Source: Oculina patagonica (taxonomy: Eukaryota). Taken from it: DNA of 63,871 nt. A program made the translations under genes and the position numbers. Under the pieces are notes generated by a model that saw nothing but the letters and a program-made list of their open reading frames with translations, made no database searches and was not told where the DNA came from. This document shows, piece after piece, positions 23,401 through 32,200 of the stretch (the first letter of the stretch is position 1; every line of letters starts with the position of its first letter). The stretch covers positions 17,794,001 through 17,857,871 of the forward strand of contig NC_135762.1 of assembly GCF_052425735.1 (NCBI RefSeq). The letters are read 5' to 3'.

Positions 23401-26400
23401 CTATACGTACTATCTCGAACATACTGAGAAACCATATGCAGGATCGAGAAAGAGGATACCAGAGGAATTGTATATAAGATCAAGTGTAACGATTGCGACT
23501 GTGTTTATGTTGGTCAGACCGGCATCACGCGCGCTTAACTGAAACACGCATGAAAGAACACGCAAAGGCCATCGCAACTTTGGATAAAAACTCTTTGTCG
23601 GCAAAACACCATATCCTTAACGACCATCAAATAGATTTGGAGAGCGTCGAAATTGTTGACAGGTCAACGGTGTGGAAACAACGACTAATTCTTGAAGCTT
23701 GGCATTCTGTGCGAGATAGGAACGCTATAAACGAACACATAGCGCTACCAAACGTTTACAATAGCATTAAGAATTCATAGACTCATTAAGAATGCTCTAG
23801 AGACTTTTGTTGCACTCGGAAAGTTCATTTAGTTTTTATCACACATTCGTTACATATTTTAACAGGACGCCGTTTAACATTTGCATGTGTCAACTTATTA
23901 ATTCGAATTTTTAATATCTTAGTCGTCGAAAAAATAGTTGAAGCCATTTTGAGTCTGCTTCTGTGTTTCTTATAGATGCTGGATGACAGAAATTGTGCTG
24001 GTTTCTCTCTTTCTTCCTCCAGTTGTGGTGGTCATTTTGGTAAGAAAGAAATATCGCTGCATTTAAATGCGTTGACTGTTGAGTTAAATTCTGAGTCTGA
24101 GTCAACCCTAGTTTGGTATAACATTAACTAGCTAACTTTTATATTTATATGAGTAATAGCTTATTAGTTCAACTTCAAATAACAAAGAGTTTTCACTTGT
24201 CATTCTATAGTCTATTTTTTACTGATATGAATTTTGTATCTAATTTGTATCGATTTCTGTTTATTTTTAATTTCAGACAAATGTGGTAATTCTTGGTATG
24301 GTCATTGGTGTACTAATATCTCCCACAACAGAGAGTAGACAGAAACATGCTAACGACAAGACATTTATTAACAATATCAGGTATCTGCATTTGTGCCTGA
24401 AATTACCTATCTTACGAAAGGAACCATTATTGAATCCAAAAATGTTCTCAATAAGACTATTAACCAAATCACGTTATGTGCCGTCTGAACTCACTTTTCT
24501 CGTTTCCTAGAGGATATTGCCAAATGTCACAAACGGCCCTCGCCCTAACCTACCTTGCTTCGGCTGCACTGTTCAACACAAGAAGCTTTTTTGCTTATGC
24601 TCTAAACACTTTAGGGACAAAACAGTCGTGATCGCCAAACAAAACATAAAAAAAAATCGAATTAGTAATTTGCAAGGAGAGAAGCTACACACAAACAGCT
24701 TCATTGTGGTGTTCAAGTACTTGAGGAACATGGAAGTCGAGCCATTGTTATAAAAAAAAACCTTTACCCCATTCGATATGGATGTTTTTGGTTTTTGATC
24801 CTTTTATAGATTTCAGGTTTATCCAGTTTTATAAAAGCAAACCGAGGAACTGATTAAATTTTGCAAGAAATAGCTGAAGCACTAGATTGTTTGTAAAGCT
24901 CAACATTCGCTGCAATAAATTAGCAATAAATCATCGTGGTGTTACAAGTACTTGAGGAACATGGAAGTCAAGCCATTGTCATCATAAAAACCTTTACCCC
25001 TTTGATATAGAGGATTAGGTCCCGTCCTTTTATAGATTTCAGGTTTATCCAATTTTATAAAAGCAAACCAAGGAACTGATTGCATGTGGCAAGAAAAAGC
25101 CACTGCAGCAGATTGTTTGTAAAGCTTTACATTCGCTGCAATAAATTAGCTCATATCATTTTACAGTTAAGGATAATTTTCATATGATCGCTAGCGATCA
25201 CAAGCGATCACTGGACCGGAGATTCTTGATTTATCATTCCCGGGCCAAGCTTCAACAAAGGTTTTTTCTCATAACAGGGTGGCCCTGAAGGCATCTCTGA
25301 TACTCCTACCCCTGCTCGGAGTCACGTGGTTGTTGGGTTTGTTACAAGCAAACACTAACTCGGCAGTAATGTCTTACGCCTTTGTTCTACTCAACTGCTC
25401 ACAGGTGAGTACGATTATATATTTGTTTTGCTAAACCACTTTTATCGTTTACTCGTCTTAAATGTAACACCACCTTCATAAATAAAATATGATGCGATAA
25501 AGACTATACAACTGTGTAAGCATCGGCCTTCTTTCTGCTCTTCAGTTTCCTTGCAAGAGAGTTCAGAATGTAAGTTTAGTTTATTACTGTGGTCGTGAAA
25601 GCAACAAAGAAGATTGACAAATTCCAATATAGCCGTTCCCATAGTATACGTTTCGTTTGAAAATGTGGTCTCCCGTTCACAATAAACAATCGAAATCGGG
25701 CAATTCTTTCGAACGAAGACATGTTAACGTAAGTCATGTATGGTAAAAACACACGGATGTGATCTTGGTGTCACGGAAACTCTTTTTAAAGTAGTTTTCT
25801 ATGTGTCGTCATATTCGAATGCAATCATCAAAACGCTTATTTTTAAACAAGCAAAGCAAAACTTTATGTAGACCAGTTGTAAAATTTAGCGTCAATTCAG
25901 CACTTACCGAGGGTCACCGGGCAAACTGAGGGTTGTTCGCTTGGTTTTTGTTTCGTTTCCTCAGAAACGATACGGTATTATTTTGGATTCGATGTGAACT
26001 ATTTACACAGTGGAGGCTACTATCCAATCAGGACAACGCTCGCAACCACAGAGTAAATAAGTTTGACCGAAGGCAATTAATTTCGTAAAAGCATGTTCTT
26101 CAAATATCGAAAAGTTAATCCTCAGCATGACCAAAAAATATTGAGATTCCTTACAAATACAAATATCCGACGACTGCAATGGTTTTAGGTTTGATTGAAG
26201 CGATGTATTGGGAAAAAATTAGAGTAAGCTCTTTTAGCGTTTAATTGTAAAGTAAACATTCTAGCGATTTTCTGAAACGGAAGAAAATTTCCACCAATCA
26301 AAAGCGTGATGACATGGCATATCCGCCGTGTTTCCTCGCACGGAAGGGCTAGCGTGCCCCGAAAACGGGAAAGTTGATTGAAGAGAAGGGCATATATGCA

Positions 26401-29237
26401 GGAGAGTTACAAAGTTTTCTCACTTAATGTAACAGATTAATGTATAAATGTGTAAAGGGAAATTCACGGCATCTTCGACGTCACAAGCCGTGCGAATACA
26501 CGCAAAATTGCGTGGGTTCTCTCGTGGACGTATCCGGAGTTGCGTGATCAGTGTCACGTGAATCGCGAAAACATTCGAGTCGGCACGAAAAGTTCAGAAC
26601 GAAAAAGAAGACAGTCAAGTTCTGTTAAAACATCAAATTTCGTATGGACAGTTTCGTATAGCAAGCTGTGCAACTGCCATGTCGAACCACATTTATCACT
26701 TGATGTAAAGCTTAAGATTAACTACCGCGACTGCCGGATAAGTTTTCTGAGATGAAATTAACAATATAAACATTCTTTGCATTACTCAAAGCCATCGTGG
26801 TCTGATCGAAACTCCACGGCATCGCCAAAATGCAAAATGTATTTGTGCTTATCTCTGTTCTTGTCGACTAGGGTTTTGGTTTGTCTAGAATTTGGCATTT
26901 ATTTGATTTGAGCGTGTGCCTTGAGCATGTGATCAATTTAGAGAAGTATATACCTCAAGATTTTTTGTCAAAAGGTAATAATTCCATCTACGATTATATT
27001 GATAGGAACATGTTATTTTCTGTAGTTTTTTTTTTCATTAATAAAAAACATGTTATGCAGAAGAAATCATTTTAATTTTCATTGGATGAATAAAAAAGGT
27101 GAAGGCAAGCTCCTTTTATTTAACTTTATCAGTTTGGAGAGAAAGACACATACTATTTCTATAAGGAGAAATCTTATTATTTTACTTGAACTCTGCCAAA
27201 CTGTAGCAGGTCTGAGTTTATGCCTCCTTCACATAAAATGGACAGTAGGCGTTAAATGGGAAGTTACTACTGAAAAATATGATAATGAATATGAAGTTCT
27301 TTTGTTTTCTTCACTCGCGCATAAATTCAGCAAATTCAACATACACTAGGACCTCCAAATTAAAATAAACCCCAAACCTACCTCTCCTTAAACATTACGC
27401 TATTCTCACCCTTCCACAATCTGGAAACGAAACACTATTTCTTTTTGAAATAGCTGCTTGTTGAGTCTAATGCTTGCGTGCGCTTTGCGCATGCGCATTA
27501 GACTCTTTGTTATATGAAAAAAAGCTGTTAGCAATCCCAAGGGAATGGTTCGGGATCGATAATCGTTCGCTGTAATGTAGAAAACAATGATCAGCTGCAA
27601 GATCAAGAACGGACTCCGTACGGACACGCACGATTAGTTTCAATTAAAAACAGCCAATCAGCGACACGTGTTCCCACGCATAATTAAAAGTTCTTTCTCA
27701 AGTCACGATTATTCAACACTTGAACAGGACGAAATAATTTTCCAGTTAAGACATTTGTAAGCTTTTTGTGAAAATAAATCTTCGTTTTCAGTTCAGTTAA
27801 GCACTTGTGTTTTCGTCTTGCTTAAAAAGCAAGACGTCTTTGAGAAAAAATATTTCGACGGCGACTCGCGTTTATTTACACAATGCGACCAAATATTTAT
27901 TTTGTTTTAAAAAATAGAAAACTTTACCTCGGTTTTTGTATTTAAGTCATTCGAATTTTGACCAATTTTTTCTTTACAGTGCAAACAAAAAAAAAATAAA
28001 AGATGTACATGGATAAATGTAAATCAAGTTACGCGACTAAATCAAAATGCGTTTGTTTGGCCGCTTTGCAGTATTACACTGTCCCGGCCTTTGCCATACA
28101 AGACTCATACACTGAAATCGAATTTCATGCTTTTACGACTCTTAGAGATCTTAAGTTCTTCTTACAGCTAGAAAAATCATAAAATGGTTACATTGATATG
28201 GAAGTGATGATTCGCGAAATTTGTACATCATGATAAACAGTCTTCGCTCCTGTGTATGGTAGCTCGATAATAATTGCCTAGTTTCCAGCGTTCAAAAGGT
28301 CATCATTATATTGACGTGAGCATTTACACCCGTTTTTAGGAAAATCTGTCACTAAGTGCTTACAGTACAGTGGAGTAACAGTCACTATTTCAAGTGCTTT
28401 TATTGCAAAATCTGTTTCAAGAGAGTCATCATCAAAATGGTGAAAAATCTGAAAGAAAACGATGTGAAGTTCTTCAACCCTTGTTGTAATGAACATGCTT
28501 TTTGTAAATCGTCACGCAATCTTGTCCAAATGTTTAATCGTTTCTGCTTTTACGGACAATACGGAAGAAGTAACATCAACTCCTGTTCATACTTTAAATT
28601 TTGTGAAGCATATAACATTTATGACTGTTTCGTTTTCATCCATAATCATCCACGATGCCCCTAGCTTGCTATAAGCATTTTAAATTAAACTCCCGAACAC
28701 AAACCTCTAACCAATTTTAACCGGCTTACGAAAACCGCGCAATCTGTATCACTATGCCATACGGCATTAGACTCATGTCACCCTTGGTGACCTATTTTTA
28801 AACTTGTGTTCCTCAACGTTCATCTGATAGTTCAGATTTCAAGTTTCTTTCACTAAATATTTGATATAATTTCCTTGCAGGGAGTTTTCTTCTTTGTAAC
28901 TAACATAGTCCTCAGTCAAGAGGTAGGGTTGCCCTTTTCAAGACTGTGTGTTACAGAGCTTATTTTTTGGCACCTATTTCTGCCAATTAACCGGTTAATT
29001 AATGTTCTCGTGTTTACGTTTTAGGTGTCCACGGCGTTTAAGAAGAAGTTCTTAAAGAAACACTACTCCTGGGCCTCCTTTCGCTTCTTTTCACCTCCCA
29101 GGATGCGAGACAGTGTCAGAGAAGGAGACATTTTATCTGCGTCCGTTAAAAGGGTTGGGAAAATGTTGACTAACTAATTATCGTGAATCCGAAATCCTCT
29201 TACTGCCATCTTTATAAAGTTGGTCGGTCCTACGGCG

Positions 29238-29287
<50 letters not shown>

Positions 29288-32200
29288 TCATTCATTTAGA
29301 AAATAACACACAAAAAAAATACTTACAATATTACAACGCTATTTACAAAATACTATTTACAATTCACAATACAGTGGCAACGGATCAGAAATATTACAAA
29401 TTAATATAAGAAGCGGTGGAAATCTTTCACTAAACAATATAAAGAAACTATATACTACACATAGGAGAAGGCGAAGAAGTTGTTAGATAGCTGGTTTATA
29501 TGTACTTAAAGAAGTTGTTCTATTCTATATTTATAAATGATTTTACTTATAAATTCCGAGATTAATAATGAATCGTTCTGGAGTTTCATTTTATAAATAT
29601 AATAACACATGTATAAAAGAGTGTAGTTTAGCTTTCTCTTTAATTCATCATTCGGTGTATTGGGAAGGCCAAATAAAATCTCTTCAGTATTGAGTGAAAA
29701 GGACGAGTTGTTGGTTGAATTGAACCACTGCAACACCTGCTGAATGAAAGACTTTGTGAAATGACAGTCAATTAGCGTATGGTCTCTCGAATCCGTTTCT
29801 CCGCAGTATGTACAATCTCCATCCTCCTTTATCTTAAATATGAAAAGCTCCTTTTTAGTTACAAAAAACCTATGAATGACCTTGAAATGAAATTCTCGCA
29901 ACTTGTTTTCTTTAGCAGTTTTGTGGACCGATTGGAATGTTTTCTTCCAGTTGATGTTTTCGGAAGTAAGTGATTTTTCCCAACGTTTCGGCCCCGTGTG
30001 GCTGTTTGTATGGATTTTATTCACTAACAGCCAATAAAAATCTTTGGCTTTGGCTTTCGTCAAGTTTAAGAAACTATTATCGTCGACCTGAAAGGACTTC
30101 ATATCTTCAAAACATATACCGCTGTCTTCAGAATTAAGTAACTCTCTTGCTTTTTCGAGTAGGTGGTTTGGAATTGCACTTATGGCTTGATAAAAATGGA
30201 GAAACGATGTCTTTTTAAGATGAAATTTGGATTTAAAATCCGCAAAAGATAGAACTTTACCCTCAATGTCTAAAAGGTCCATGACCGTCTTAATTCCTTT
30301 GTTTAGCCATTCATGAAACAAAAAGGGTTTCCCTCCTATTAGTATTTCCTTATTATTAAACAGGATTGTGTCATGAATGTTATGACAATTGTAAAGCGAT
30401 TTGAGTTCTTTATAATATAATAGAATGTCCCTGTAAAAACGTGGTATTTCTTTAAAGTCCTCCATCCGATAATTACACTTCAGTAGAAATTCCAATCCGC
30501 CATATTTTCGGAAATAGTAATTCGGTACCGCTTTCCAATTTGGGTCCCCATTTTTTAACAGTCTAGGGATCCACGCGAGTCTTAAAGACTTTATCATTAT
30601 CTCTATGTCAACCATTCGCAGTCCTCCATTTACGTGGTCCTGGTAGGTACTAGTTCTTTTAACCTTGTCTCTTTTATTTTTCCATAAAAATTTAAAAAGA
30701 CGGCCCTGCACATTTCCTATAATCTCATTTGGTACGTCGATATTCGAAGCAGAGTAAACGAGGGACGATACACCCATTGCCTTAATAATAAGAACTCTTC
30801 CAAATAAGGTCAAATCTCGCGATCGCCAAATGTCTAAGTTTGCCTGAAGCTTTTGAATTTTTAGATTAAAATTGTGCTGATTGTTACCGTTACTATCATA
30901 TGAGAAAAAGATTCCTAAAATTTTCACTGGGTTTTTAATCCAAGTCAGTCCTAATGGTTTGTCGCTCTCATTGACTAATTTTCCAAGCCACATAGCCTTT
31001 GTTTTTTTTAAATTTAGTCTAAGTCCTGAGATATCCCCGAAGGATGCTATGATATCAAGTCCCTTTTTCACTGATGTTAAATCTGCACAGAAAAGATTAG
31101 TGTCATCAGCAAACTGACTCAATTTGATTTCCTTATTCAAAAAAGATATACCTAAAACCTCGCTGCTTTGACGGATCTTATTGGACATAAGTTCTGCTGT
31201 AAGGATAAACAGGTATGGAGAAAGCGGACAGCCTTGTCTAACTCCAGCAGAAGGTTTGATCCAATCTGTTGCAAAGCCATTGTTTACCACTGCACTTTCA
31301 ATGTCACTATAAAAAACGGTAATCCATCTTCTAAGTCCGTCTCCAAAGTTAAACAACTTTAGGGCATGTTGTATACAGGACCAGTCCAGGGTATCAAAAG
31401 CTTTGCGAAAGTCTAGCGACAAAAGAATACCTGGGATATTACATCTCTGCGTTTGTTCCATTATATCACTAATGAGTCTTATATTTTCCCCTATATATCT
31501 GTCTTTTACAAATCCTGTTTGATCTGGATGGATAATTTTCGACAATACCGGTTCAATGCGTCTAGCAATAGCTTTGGAGGCGATTTTGTAGTCTATATTT
31601 AACAGCGTTATTGGTCTCCAATTTTGAAGGTAATTTAGGTCAGAATCATCTTTAGGAATTAAGCTTATAATTCCTCGGCGTTGTGAAATTGAAAGTTTTC
31701 CCTTTTCATACCCTGCGTTAAGGCAGTCAACTAAATCATTTCCGACAAGGTCAAAAAAGAATGAATAGAATTCCGCAGTGAAACCATCTTCCCCAGGAGA
31801 CTTGTCGTTTTTAAAAGAATCGAGAACTGTCTTACATTCCTCATAGGTTAAGAGGCCTTCCAAATTTTCGCGCTCTTCATTAGAGAGTTGAGGAACTGTT
31901 ATATCCTCGGTAAATTGATTTAATTTTTCTCCCATTACGCCGATTTTCGAGGAATAAAGATCCTTATAAAAGTTCTCAATTTGCAAAAGAATTTCTTTGT
32001 CGTCCGTTATAGTATTTCCTTCTTCGTCTTCAAGCTCAGAGATAACCTTTTTATTGTAGTTCTTTTTCTCGAGGTTAAAAAAGTATTTCGTTGGACGCTC
32101 GCCATTTTCAAGCCAGGCGCATTTTGCTCTGAACTTTGCTGCCTCTCCTTTGGCTTTATATAATTCCTGTAATTCCTTTTTAAGAGCGTCATACTGCTTC

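Larger units (their letters stand above)
21431..23919. mobile_element. Penelope-like retroelement (RT + GIY-YIG) as an inverted pair: minus arm 21431-~22558, plus arm ~22557-23919
   Basis: [28 protein letters not shown], and [14 protein letters not shown][HY]VGQT..R..EH..E...NAIN. The two arms are near-identical inverted copies. Confidence 0.95.
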
